Under the pieces are notes generated by a model. It saw only the letters and a program-made list of their open reading frames with translations. It was not told the DNA's origin and made no database searches. Both the position numbers and the translations under genes were made by a program. Below, one piece after another: positions 24,405 to 36,825 of a DNA stretch of 64,000 nucleotides (the stretch's first letter is position 1; each line of letters begins with the position of its first letter). Source of the stretch: Camelus dromedarius (Eukaryota); contig NC_087436.1 in assembly GCF_036321535.1 (NCBI RefSeq), positions 93,994,001-94,058,000 on the forward strand, in the 5' to 3' direction.

Positions 24405-25599
24405 GTAAGAATACTTGGCTGCCTACTTGTCTGTCCCATAGAAGCACCTAGATTGCTGAAGAGTCTGTCGAACTTGTGACCTTCTGTGAACTTCATAAAT
24501 CCAAAATAGACCCTGACCAGTGAAGAAACTCTTGCATTGATTCCACTGTCTCTAAAGTAGTTTGATACAGTTTGATGTTTGAAATTTTATCAGAGGAACA
24601 GAAAGACTCTGGGAAAAAGTCTAGAAATAAACCATTTTCAGATACTTTTGCTCCCCATTTCTCTTCATTTCATCAGGAAAATCCTAGTCAGTGCTGTTCG
24701 TTTATTTAGCTTTTTCAAATTTTAAATCCCAAATATCTTGTATGGATTTGTAAGAAACTAAAATCAGCAAAAGCTACATTTATATCTCTCCTTAGGAGTT
24801 CTTGCAGTTACATGATAGTTTGTTGATGGATCAAGTCAGACATCAAATTAAACCCTGGGTAAATTGGCCCATATCTCTAGCATTTTAAACTTTGCTGCTG
24901 TTCTGTGTGATATGTTAATAGTGCTTCTGTATCAGGCTGGCTTTATAAGATACAGATTTGAGTAAAGTCTGTCCACAAAGGTTGTTGTCATCTGTTCCTT
25001 CTGTCATTTTGACGGCAGATTCTTGGTTTGTAATATGTCAAGAAGGGGAAATCTCTGGGCACAATAATAGGCCCCAAATTAGGGGATGGTTTGCAACATG
25101 CAATAAGGCTCAAGGGGTCAGGGCTGTTTGGCTTGCTTGGACAGAGCTGTCATGCAAAGGTATGGGTGGGTGACACCACCTTTCAGGATGATTTTGGGTG
25201 ACTGCGCCAGGAAGGTCACATCCTTGGGAACTTGGGATCAGAGCTATGTAGGCAAACTAGAGGAATCATCATAAAGACTTGGGCTATTTTGGGCTGGTTT
25301 TGTTTTTGTAAAAACTGAATTTATATAGGTTGGCCAAGCAATGATTAAAAATCCTTTACTTGTCTAGTAACTCAAGGTCTTAAGTAAGGCAAAAAAAGTC
25401 CTCACAGCAGTCACAATGAATGCCATTAAGTCCATTAGGGCCTCATTCTGTGCCTGTTGGCTCTTGGTTTAGGCATCTTTCAATAGAATTGCTGGTTTCT
25501 CTGTGCACAGTGAATCAGAACTCTTCTCTTTTTGTTGGTTAATGATCATTCATTCATTCAGCAAATACTAAGGTCTCGTTCTAGGCTAGGTTCTCACCT

Positions 25600-25835
25600 C
25601 TCAATTCTCAAATGTCACTTCCTCAAGGTGACTTTCCCAGACCCAATTCCAGACCCCCTAAATTAAGTCCTGTACTCCCCCCTTTATGATGTCATCACGC
25701 TTGTTTTATACTTGCCTCCTCTGCCAAAATATTAGTTCCCCCTTGAATCATGAGTGTCTTATTCACCATTTTATCTCCAGTGCTTAGCACATACTGGGCA
25801 TTCTAAAAATATGTACCGAATAAATGAATGAATGA
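25600..25835 (+). mobile_element. L2 LINE 3' end
   Basis: ctcaaatgtcacttcctcaaggtgactttccc..tatctccagtgcttagcaca..gaataaatgaatgaatgaa. Confidence 0.8.
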
Positions 25836-25877
25836 AAGAAAGCAAATAAGAAGGACCAGGATGAGGTAATAACCTAG

Positions 25878-25904
25878 GACCTAGAGGACCTAGAGGACCT
25901 AGAG
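25878..25904. repeat. 9-bp tandem repeat (gacctagag)x3
   Basis: Direct reading, preceded by a partial unit acctag. Confidence 0.9.
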
Positions 25905-26339
25905 GTAGGCATGTAACAATGAAGAATAGTCCCAGAGAACAGGGAAGGGGGGAAAAACTAGTGTCATTCAGTATAGACACAGTGACCCCTGAAGCCATCA
26001 CTTCATCTCAGCCCAGCTCAACCATGTAAGTTTCTAAGCATAGCCTTGGTTCACCAAGAAGAAAAATGTGCTTAATATTGTCTATTAAAGTGATAGTGAG
26101 GACAACAAATCATCTTATAAAGATTTTCATCCAAGAAAGTAATAGCTTTCTTACTTACATGGATATATTCAATTATTTGGAAAATCTAATATATGAGTAA
26201 TTCTTTATTCCTACAGTTATGAGCTACCAATGAATACATTTATCACTTATGTAAGATATAAAAAGAGCCTAGAAGAATGCAGGAGAGAAAAACTTCCATG
26301 TAATAAAATTAAGTCAGATAAGTGCTTTGAAAAATATTA

Positions 26340-26740
26340 TTTTAAGTATTTATTGAGGTAGAACATAGTGGCAATAAAATGAACAACTCTTTGTATACAG
26401 CTTGATAAATTTTTACATATACCTGTGTAACCACTACTCTCAGTTTAAGATACAGAACATTTTCAGTGTCCCAGAAGGCTCCCCTGTGCCTCTCCTCCCT
26501 GTCACCTGCCCTGCTCCAGGTAACCATTATCTGATTCGTATCACCGTACCTTAGCTCTGGCTGTTCTTGAACTTCATAAAAATGGAATCATTCATGTATG
26601 CTTTGTGTCTGACTTCTTTCACTCAACATTTTGTTTGTGACTCTCATCCACATTGCTTCATGTGGCTCTAATATGATAACATGTAAAATGTAATACCCTT
26701 CATTGCTGCATCATATTCCTTTGTAAAAATACACCAGAAT
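26340..26740 (-). mobile_element. Old L1 (L1MD/L1ME-like) 3' end
   Basis: ttattgaggtagaacata..tgtaaccactactctcagtttaagatacagaacatttt..gaacttcataaaaatggaatcat..gacttctttcactcaacat. Confidence 0.85.
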
Positions 26741-28329
26741 TCAATAAATTTGGGGGGAATTAAAGGCATGACTCTATGAGCTGAAAATCACTCCCTGTGT
26801 GTGTGCCAGCTCTCTAAAGTTAAGTGATCTCATAAAGGGTGGGAGGGAAATGTTATCACCTGAAAGGGTGGAAGGAGAGAAGTCTTTCTGGGAGTGGATT
26901 TGCTAGGTGATCTGCACAGGCTGTTTATTTAACTGAAACCATCGCCCTAGGAGGTGACTGCCACTGACTGAAGATGAGAAAACTCAGCCTGAGAAAAGTT
27001 CCATGACTTCACGATCGGTCTCAACTAAACACACAAGTTGTCAGTTACAACAGGGAGCAATCCTGTTCTGGCAGAGACCGTGCCAGATGACCCCTTAGAC
27101 AGTGCCCCCTCGTTAAGGGAGGTTCAACTTTTATCCAGTAGTGCAGACCTGTGTATTTCCTATTGGAAAGCCGACGATTGACCTGATTTTTCCCTCTTTC
27201 CCTTCAAAGTTGTTTTGTTTTTTTTAAAGAAGGCTCCCTTGTGTATTTTCCATTCTCACTTTTGTTTATGAATAAATTCTTGTGCCTTATGAATAATTTT
27301 TAGATGCACATAGTATATTCTAAAATCTGTGTTTAGCAACTATTGACTATTTTTTCAGATCGGGGTTTAATATCTATATATAAAGATATATTCAATCACC
27401 ATAAGAAAGGTAGGTGAATTTCAAGTCAGAATAGCAGAGAAGTTTCCTGGGAAGCAAAGGTCATGTCTTTCAATGTGGGGTTTGAGGTGTTTTAAATTCT
27501 AATTCCCAGAAGGGTCTGTATGTCAAAGTCTCCGACTCAACTGAGCATCCTGGAAATGAACAAAATTTCTAAATTTCCTTTTTCTTACTACCTTCCTCGA
27601 TTTTCCATGCCACAAGCGACAGACATTGATAAGTGTTCCATTCTTTCTTCAAAAATTACCAGAAACTTGCTCAGAATGTCCTTCAGTTAGGATAACAAAA
27701 GAGAGCATATACCCTTTAGATTCTTTTTCTAGTTGGGAATGAAGAAGATTATATTTTTAATTTTGCATTAATATCGTAAAGCTTATCAGTGTGATCAGGT
27801 CATCATTTCAGCCAAGCAGCAGCACGTAAGTGGCCCCCTATGCCCAATGGAAGACCCCGAGGGTCTCAATCAAACATTTTAAGTCACTTCTAGAGAAAGC
27901 AAGAGATGCTGAGATTCTTTGCTTCAAAGTCTTCATCCTTTTCACAGTGGAAGGCCCCTTTCATATGGGGTGCTTGAGAGCAGTCATCCAAGATTTGATT
28001 TTATTCTTTTTAACTTTATGAACAACCATTGGAACAATATCTTGTATACTTTAAAAAATAGCCAAATAATTTTTGTGGTTGCCTTTAAAAAAAATTCTAA
28101 GATGTAAAATATACCCATTTTGTCTATGAGAAAGCTCAAATAGAGAAGCTAAGGTCACACGCCTAGTTAGTGAGAAGAGCTGCCATCCAGGGCTTCTGCC
28201 TCTGTGGAGCCAGCTCTTCCCACCGGCCCACACTGCCACCCACCAGTGTTTGGTGAACTGCGTCAGCCATTAAAAACAGCTCTCCTTCACAGCACTCTTT
28301 GGTCTGTGATGGCTTCTCAAATCACACTA

Positions 28330-28565
28330 TTTGATTGTACACTTGCTAAGTGTCAGGCATTGCTCCAGGTACTATATGTATGTCATCCCCAAGTCTTGAG
28401 ACACTCCTGTAAGCTAGGATTCATTAACCCCCTTTACAAATGGGGAAATTGAGGCACTGAGAGCTCAAGAGCCTTAAACAAAGCCACATCATTTAGTAAA
28501 TGCTGGAATCTGCCTTCACACTCAGTTTAGTTTGCCCCTAAAGTCCATTCTGTTTCCCCATGCCA
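28330..28565 (-). mobile_element. MIR SINE
   Basis: cacttgctaagtgtcaggcattgct..cccctttacaaatggggaaattgaggcactgagag. Confidence 0.75.
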
Positions 28566-28805
28566 TCAGAAAATAGTGTCTTTTAATTATCTTCCCAATT
28601 CTAATTGAGGCAAAGGCAGGAGCCCTAAAACAAATTGTTGACTAGCCTTAACTCATCCTCCTGAAAATTGGGCATTTTCTTTAGAACTAAACAAAGACAT
28701 GTACTAGGTTGGGTATTAAAAAAATTCCTACATCTTTTGGAGCTGTAGGAATACTAGATTAGGTTGCCATGGGGTCAAGTTGTGTGTGCAGAGGGTCCTC
28801 TCTCT

Positions 28806-28938
28806 GTTTTGTTTTGTTTGTTTGTTTATATTTATTTTAGTGGGGGTCCTGGGGATTGAACTCTGGACCTCGTGCTTGCTAAGCACATACTCTACCGCTG
28901 AGCTATATAACCCCCCCCAACCTCTCCCGCCACCACAC
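28806..28938 (-). mobile_element. Camelid tRNA-derived SINE (Vic-1 type) with TSD
   Basis: ctggggattgaactctggacctcgtgcttgctaagcacatactctaccgctgagctata. TSD gcagagggtcctctctct (28788-28805) / gcagaggatcctctttct (28939-28956), 16/18. Confidence 0.9.
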
Positions 28939-29922
28939 GCAGAGGATCCTCTTTCTTCATCAGCGAGACTAGGGGACTCCCTGGGGATGCTGGAAGAAAG
29001 GGCATGGAGATTGGTCCAGGTGACATCAAGATCTCTCTAATTCTCAAAATTGCTGTGTTCTGAATAACAGTTCTGTGATGGAATATTGGAGAGAAGTATT
29101 CAAAGCCATTTTTTATCTTTCTCCATGGGAGTTGTTGTTTTTCTTCACCAAAGGGTCAAGTCTTCAGGCAACAGAAGAATTAGAATCAAGAGGTTTCCAG
29201 CACCCAAGACAGCTACAGTGTGGCTACAGACAGGATGGTCTCAGAGACACTGAGTCAGCCAGAAAGGTACCTTGGATTGCAGCTCGGTACAGAAAACACT
29301 GTCCTGAGTTGACCTCATGCTGATCTTGTCCTGTGTAATAAAATAAGAGCCAGCCATCAGCTCAGCTCTCGGCTCTTCCCAGTGCAGTGGCTTTCTCTGT
29401 GGGGCATTTTTCCCACAAATTTACTAGCCTCTGGTGGTTACTGATTAATTGAGATAACATGCAGTATATGAAAGTAGTTGGCACATCATGGGTGTCCTGT
29501 AGCTCTAAGTTTGCCTTCCTCTCAAACAGGATTCCCTGGAAGGAAGTTTGCACATGTGAACGAAACTGGACTCTTATTTAATAGTGAATTCAATGTATTG
29601 AACACTATCACATGTGACTTTTTCTTCCCCTTAAGGGTTGTGAAACCTCATCATTTAAATTTGCTATTATTGAAGTGAGCACAATCTCTGTGTCAATCAC
29701 AAATGCAAACATTGCCTCTGAGTAGAAACAAAACAAAAACTTTCATTCTACTTTTCTAATAAAATGGCTTCTTATTGTAAAGCTGTGAGAAATGCCCACG
29801 CTTTCATTTTTTAATAAAAAATATTAGAGCAGTTCATAGGTATAGTCACTGCTATTGCTTAAATTGACATGTCAGAGAAAGTTACATCATTTAATGAAGG
29901 TAGTGTTTTCATTGGAATTTTA

Positions 29923-30065
29923 TTTTATTTTATTTTTAATTATTTTGTTCATTCATTCATTCATTCATTCATTTTAATGGAGATACTGAGGATTGAACCC
30001 AGGACCTTGTACATGCTAAGCATGAGCTCTGCCACTGAGCTTTTACCCTCCCACCCCTGCCCTCC
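29923..30065 (-). mobile_element. Camelid tRNA-derived SINE (Vic-1 type) with (TTCA)n tail
   Basis: aatggagatactgaggattgaacccaggaccttgtacatgctaagcatgagctctgccactgagc. TSD tggaatttta (29913-29922) / tggaaattta (30066-30075). Confidence 0.9.
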
Positions 30066-30769
30066 TGGAAATTTAAAAAGAAATATTTTCATAGAAAACA
30101 TCAGGCTCTGAGGGAGTGAGGTGCTGTGGAAAGAACACTGACCAGGAATCAAGGAATTGATTTATTCCTGGGCCTTCTCCCAGCGAGCCTGTGACTTGGA
30201 GAAACTTGTCCATGCTCGCGGCTACTATCTTGTCTTTGGTACTGTCGCACCGTATGATTCTCAGGAACATTCTGGTGTTTGCACGGTGAAAGCTTTGTTT
30301 TGTTTTTCATTCTAGGAAATAACATGGATTATGATATTGTACTGTTATTCTATAGAAAAATTAAATATCAGAGGATCATGGTTTATGAAGTTTTCAGTTC
30401 AACCGCTCTTTATCTTTGCCATAGGAAAGGCTGAAGAATCTTGTTCTTATTCTGAAAAATAAACAAACAACAAACAACCTTTTTTGTTTTTATAATTCAC
30501 CTTCAGAAGTTAGCAGTCCTTTACCCTCCATAAACACTTCTTTGGTAGAGAACCTGCCATTTACAGATATTTCACAAGCGGCCTGTTTCTGGGCCACATA
30601 AAAGTTGTGACCAAAATAAGAAATTTGAGTGGAATGTGAACAAACTCAGTTCATGGTGATAATTTCTGGGGAAGGATTTTCCACACAAAAAAGTAATGCA
30701 GTATTTTATTAATTCATTGTTCTATTCACAAGGTTTTATCATGGAATCTGAAAAGGAAAACAACAGAAA

Positions 30770-31050
30770 AAAGTAGAAAGAAATAGTCTAATTCACAAAA
30801 GAGAAATACTGGTATATCTCAGATTAAAGCAACAGTGAGGTACCATTTTGCTGCCATGAAAGAATCAGCTTACTCACACATGTCTGGTGGCCGCACAAAT
30901 GGGTATGACGTAGTACGAAAACAGATTGGCAACATATAGCAAGATCCTTAGAGATGCTTAACCCAGTAATCCCACGGAGGGGGTTTTGTTTGAAAGAAAT
31001 AATGTAGAAGAACGCCTCTGAAGAATCAGATGCCCAAATTCCCACCCATG
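30770..31050 (+). mobile_element. Highly decayed L1ME-like ORF2/3' fragment
   Basis: agattaaagcaacagtgaggtaccatttt..ttggcaacatatagcaag..aacccagtaatcccac. Confidence 0.5.
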
Positions 31051-31253
31051 ATGAGAGAGGGTTTACAATTTTATATTTAATTATCCATATTTCCATCTCA
31101 TATCCTCTTTTTTCCCTATGGCCTTAAATAAGAAATCATCTAACTGTACCCCAGAGTGTGTGTGTGTGTGTGGTGTGATATGGTGTTTCTGTGTTTTCCA
31201 TGGTGTACATTGATTTTTTTTGTATAATCAGAAGACATATATGAAAATATTAT

Positions 31254-31307
31254 TTCTAAAAATCACTGAAATTCAAGATCTTCTAGAAATCACTGAAATT
31301 CAAGGTC
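31254..31307. repeat. 27-bp tandem duplication
   Basis: ttctaaaaatcactgaaattcaagatc / ttctagaaatcactgaaattcaaggtc, 25/27 identical. Confidence 0.9.
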
Positions 31308-32699
31308 AAATCCGCAAGATAAAGATAGGAAACACTGTCCAAAGTGAAGGGAGCAGAAAGCAGTGACCATGGGAAGAAGGTTTTTGACCTTCCAACTGTA
31401 TTCTGCTGGTGAGACTTTTAAACTCTTGAACCCTCTGAGGCTTTTCAGAATGTCCTGGACTGGTATTACTTGTGTCCACAGCTCTTCCTCCATGACCTCC
31501 TCCCCCAAAGGCAAGCCTGCAAGTCACTTTTCATGGATGATCCTCATCCGTGATCTGGAGGAAATCTTCTCCTTCCAATTCCTGCCCCCCACTGCTGGCT
31601 GTCAGCAGCCACCAAACACCCTCCAGACCTCAGCTCTATGTAGCCTCCTTCTGCTTTGAGGCCACCTTCTAGGGAGGATTCCCCTGCCCAGTGCAGACTC
31701 ACCATACTTCTGTTATACTTGTTCTGCCCTCTCAGCTTTAGGTTCTGATTTCGAGTCTTTGTAGGTCTCGTTTCAAAGGCAGGGAGGGAAAGAAGAGGGA
31801 AGATTAAAAACGTCAGATTTTAGTCACCGCCTGTGATGCCACATTCAGACTTAACAAATTCAACTGTTTTCAAGTTCTATACCGTTGAACAGGGGCTGAT
31901 TCACAGGCAGTCATTAACCTCTCTCCCTGCCTCTCCCTGCCTCCCCAGCAGAGAGATGGGAAAAACACCATCTTAGCTGGGGAATCAGTCTGTCCTAGCT
32001 TGGGAAGTCTGTCCACTTCTACCATCATGCCTGACTTCCCCTCAATTCAGACCAGGCTCACTTCATTGAGTGAAGTTCTGTACTCTCATCTGAACAGAGT
32101 AACAAAGACAAATCAAACAAATATCCTGTGGGAAGTAAGTCAACATGATTAGAAGACAACAGGCGATTTGTCCAACGTGGCAGACCCACCCAAGAAGCCA
32201 GGCAGGCAAACCTGCTTCAGACTTATCTCAAAAACAGTTAAAAATGTCCAAACTTGACCTTTGTGTATATTCATCCTGGTGAGCTGACAGGCCAGAATCA
32301 GGGTGCTGGCTGAGACGGGGGAAGAGCACGTGTCTGTGCTGGGGCTTGTGGCAGAGGTGTGTATGTAGTTGGTGGAGGTCGTTTCATGAGTCTTAATATT
32401 GGTGTCAGGAGGTGAATCCTGCCTCTGGAAAGAAGAGCCAAAAGACTAAAATAACATCACTTGAGCTACTGAGCTTCATTTGACTCTCATCTGAGCCTTT
32501 ATTGAACCTTGAAAAAGGTGACCCCAAATTTTATAGTGCATTAAATGGTTTTGGAAGCTTGTCCCCACCACTGGAATGGAAAGGGCATTGATTAGGTTAG
32601 TTCCTTGCCTTCCACCAGACTGGATGCAGCATTTCAAGGCTTACTGATCTGCCTTAATAAATCTCTTATTCTGTCCAGGGGCTACCCTATGAATCTAGA

Positions 32700-32894
32700 C
32701 CTGTGTTGTCCAATATGGTAGCTAATAGCCACAAGCAATGCAACTATTTAAGCTTAATTAATTAAAAATAATAAGTTAGTGCCTTGTTTACTAGTACATT
32801 TCAAATGCTCGATCATTTGCTTGGTGGCCACTGTATTGGATAGTGCAGATATAGAATGTTTCCTCGTCACAGAAAATTCTGCTGGACAGCCCTG
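32700..32894. mobile_element. MER3 hAT-Charlie MITE
   Basis: ctgtgttgtccaatatggtagctaatagccaca..ctgtattggatagtgcagatatagaatgtttcc..cacagaaaattctgctggacagccctg. Confidence 0.85.
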
Positions 32895-34289
32895 ATGCCG
32901 ATAACTTGTTCAGGATCTGACAGTATGAAGTAGAGGCCGTGCCCCACTCCACCCTCTGAGGTTAGAACTGTAAGCAGCAGAACCCTTAGATCTGTTTTAC
33001 ATGCCACCCTTCTCTCTGCTTTCCACATCTTTGCCAGACAACCTTCCTTATAACTTTTATCTTCATGTTACATAAGATATGGCCATGTAACAAAATATAT
33101 GGCCTCAAGTTGCAGTGATCAAGTTCAAATTTAGATTATGCTCAAATTAAGACCAGAAGTGTTTCCCTGTGTTTATTTCATTCTTCATCATAAATGAAGC
33201 CATAATCTGATCTATGCACGTTTGGACTCCAAATTAAACTTTCAGTCACCTGGGATCTCTTGTTTTATATTGCTGTTATTTTTTGACATTGTAGAACTCA
33301 ATGAAGAACATAATTGTTCTGGAGGCCAGTTTAAATATTCACCTTGCAGACACTTCTTCAGAAGCTTAGAACTTGAAATTCATAAACAAGTGAAACCTGA
33401 ATAAGGGACATGACATAGACCAGAGAACGTCACGGACCATAGACTGTGTGTTCTGTGATGGATTTATTACTGAAAAGTTGCAGTCAAAGGGAAATCTAGC
33501 AAACCAATTGAGTTTTCAATGTGTTGAGGAAGCAAAAAAGAGTACTGGGGGGTAGGTCATTTTGTAAAGAAAAAAAATGATTTTGTTACATAAACTAAAT
33601 CACCTTCTAATTCGTTTGGTAAATTCAGACACCCGTGTGTTGTGTGTCTATCTCAGTAAGGCTGTACCTACCTAATCTGTCCATTTAGACCTCAAATAAT
33701 TCACTAAATACAAAATTAAATCAAGTTGTTTAGGATCAAGGAGATGAAAATTTTATTGGTTATATTTTTTAAATGTCACACCCATTTGAGTTAGAATTGT
33801 TTAGGCAAAGCTAGTAGCTGTGGGGTTTTTTTTTCCCTAAAAAGTATTTTAAGATATTATGCCATCTTTATATACAGAATGTTTATTGATAGTTATGATT
33901 ATATTTCTCTAGAATTTGCAAAAGAGAGACATTCATTGGGTAATTGAATGAATGACTGAATGACATCTCTAATTTAATATGACTAACCCAATAGTTCTAA
34001 GATCTGCAGTTATAACATGGGTGTTTCTAATTCATTTAAAGGAGTATAAGAATTTTTACAATTCTAGTAACAAATTGAACTTAGATTCACTTTAATTTTA
34101 AAAAAGAAATTTATCCTAGTATTACTTTTAGTGAAAGAAGTACACTATTACATCAACTACTGAGTGTTATAATTTAGGTCTAGCCCTTTGATTTTTGTAG
34201 TCTTAATATAAGTGTATACTAATTGGTTTAAAAAAATTCAAGATATTTCTAATATACACTGACGTTCAGAGGGAATAAATACAATAAAT

Positions 34290-34895
34290 TCCAATATGCC
34301 TACTTTTCAGATTTAATAGCTTTTAAAATTTTGCTACATTATGTCATCTGTCTCTTCCTCCATTTATGTCATTTAAAGCAAATAAAAATATATTATTTTC
34401 GTTTCTAGTATTTTAACATGCATCTTTAAAAATATGGACCTTTTTCAACCACAATGTTATGATCATACCTAACAAAATTAACAGTAATGCCTTGTTAATA
34501 TCTAATACCCAGTTCACATACACGTTTCCTAGTTGTCTTAATAATTTCTTTTTATAGTTGGTTTCCTTTTTTTTTCTCTTAAAAAAATTTTTTTTTAAAC
34601 AGCATGGAAGTGTCTTTATTTTGCTAAATTTGATTTATGTCCAAATTTTTTAAGACAAATCTATCAACTAAAATGGTATGTCTATACTCAACTACATTTG
34701 CAAAAGTTTGATGTGGACTGTTTCCAGAGTTTTTGGAAGAGCCACTACAAGTCCCATGCTGTAGCTCAGTTTTACTGCTAGGTCATTTAGATACTAAGAT
34801 TGACCTTTTCTTTCTTTCTTTTTTTTTTTTTTTAAGTTGGTTTCTTCATTAAGGCTTTGAACAAGGCCCTCAGGGAATGCTTCTTTTAAGTCTCT
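34290..34895 (-). mobile_element. L1ME4-like fragment hosting a later insertion
   Basis: aaccacaatgttatgatcatacctaacaaaattaacagtaat..tctaatacccagttcacata..tttatagttggttt, resuming after 34844. Confidence 0.7.
34566..34834 (-). mobile_element. Retroposed unique sequence (orphan 3' transduction or truncated retrocopy)
   Basis: Flanked by direct repeat agttggtttc (34556-34565 / 34835-34844). The minus strand reads A-rich tract, about 205 bp non-repeat sequence, AATAAA (34620-34615), 18 nt, poly(A). Confidence 0.75.
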
Positions 34896-34904
34896 TTTTT
34901 CCAC

Positions 34905-35680
34905 CAACATTTTATTATTATAATTTCAAACATACAGCCAATTTGGACTTTACAGTGAAGTCCTCATAGCCAAAACCTAAATTCTGCCATTATCATTTGC
35001 TATACTTGCTTTATCACTTTATATACCTCTCAGTCCACTCCTAAATCCATATATTTATCATATTTTTTTGATGGTCTTCAAAAATAAAATGCTAAACATT
35101 GGGACACTTAGCCTGAAACACTTCATTCTCTGAAGTTCAATATTGTTTAGAGTTTTTAAAGATAAAATTTGCATAAAATGACTTGCATAAATCTTAAGTG
35201 TATATTTACTGAGCTTTAACAAAGACATACCCTGCTGTAACCCAAACTCCTATCATGATAAAGACATTACCATCACCACAGAAAGTTCTCTTCATGCCCC
35301 AACCCGCTCCCTGCCTCACCCCCCACCTCCCAGAGTTAACCACTGATGTGATATTTCCTACCACATATCAGTTTTGTCTGTTTTAGAATCTCATATAAAT
35401 GGAATTCACTTAGCACGTACTCTTTCTTTCCCCCAGCATGTACTCTTCCTTTTACTCAGCATGTTTTATGCTAATGAGCTAGTAAGCCATGACATTGAAT
35501 GTATCTGATGTTACTGAGCAGTACTCCATTGTATGACTGTATCACAGTTTATTTATCCATTCTCCTATTGATAGATGACTGAGGTTTTTAGGCTATTGTA
35601 AATAGCACTGCTATAAACATTCTTGTACAAGACTTTGTGGACAAATATTTTTATTTCTCTTGGATCAATACCTAGGAGTA
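34905..35680 (-). mobile_element. Adjacent old L1 3' fragments (L1MC/L1MD-like)
   Basis: aatttcaaacatacag.. followed by aaatcttaagtgtat..cattaccatcaccacagaaagttctc..atttatccattctcctattgatag..atacctaggagt. Confidence 0.8.
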
Positions 35681-36800
35681 CAGAAGAATGCTAAATTAAA
35701 TAATAATAAAGCTTGTAACTCAGATATTAACACACAGCACAATTAATTATTAATCTTCATTATTATGAAGTTAAGGACTTCACCTAAGTGGGAAAACTCA
35801 CAGTGCTCAATTGTGAAGAGCATTCCCATGAATATGCAGTGTTTTGCCAATAAACACTGAAGGGATGTAGTTGTAAAGACATTAGTGGGCTCTTGAGCAA
35901 AAAGAAACTATCACAGTGTCACGTGAGTTGTGATTTGATTTGAAATTAATCAGAAAATGGATTTTGCATGAACTTTGAGTTAGGAGAAAGGAAGTCTGTT
36001 TCTACCAGTAACTAGTAGCTTTATCACCTTGAGAAATAATCCAGTCACAGAGGAAATGAGGGGTTGAGCTAGAGGATTTCTAAGGTGTGGTTCAGGATTT
36101 GAGGACACAGTTGGGAAGAAGACGTATCTTTTGGTCTTCAAGCTGTTCACAGAGAAGGAGTGCCAGATGGTGCTCTCCAGCTGTGGAATGTCTGTGATTT
36201 TGCTGATTCATTATGTACCTCATCTCTGGCAAAGCACAACATAGTCAACGGATGAATGAATGAGTCAAATGAATGGATGAATGGAAGCAAAACCCCCAAC
36301 CTCAGGAATGTTGTTTGTAGCTGTGACTACCGTGTGTCTACCACCGGCTGTAATGTAAGCAGAATATGCTGTCTGTGGTGATAAAGACACAGTGTGCTTG
36401 GAGAACAAAGGAGGAATGACCAAGTAAGATATACCTGAAAATTTAAATAAATGATATATTTTGGAATCTAAAAGCCTTTTGCTAATGTGTAAGATCCGTT
36501 TGCTGTGGATCTTAAATTCATCCTCTTTGATTTATTTTTAATGACTGTGTGGGGTTTTGTTTTTCTGTTTGAGGTAGTGTTTCCCCCTAATTTTTGCTTT
36601 GCAGTCCCACCTCTTATTTATGTATTCATTCAACAAGTATTTATTGAGGACCTATAATTAACACGAGGAGTGAGGACGTAATGCCATAGAGAGGGATAAG
36701 CTAACTGAATAGGTCTTATCTGAAGCTAACTGTAAGATCTCCAGTTTGTGAAGGTACCAAATCACAGTCAAATTTATACATTATGTTAGACATGAAAACC

Positions 36801-36825
36801 TGTGTGTGTGTGTGTGTGTGTGTGT
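36801..36825. repeat. (TG)12 microsatellite
   Basis: Direct reading. Confidence 0.95.

Noticed and set aside
25771..26001. ORF with a collagen-like PLGPLGPLGP run
   Set aside because: It is produced by a 9-bp tandem repeat beside an L2 tail. Not a collagen exon.
33470..33830. Possible CR1/L3 remnant
   Set aside because: The resemblance is too faint to support without an alignment.
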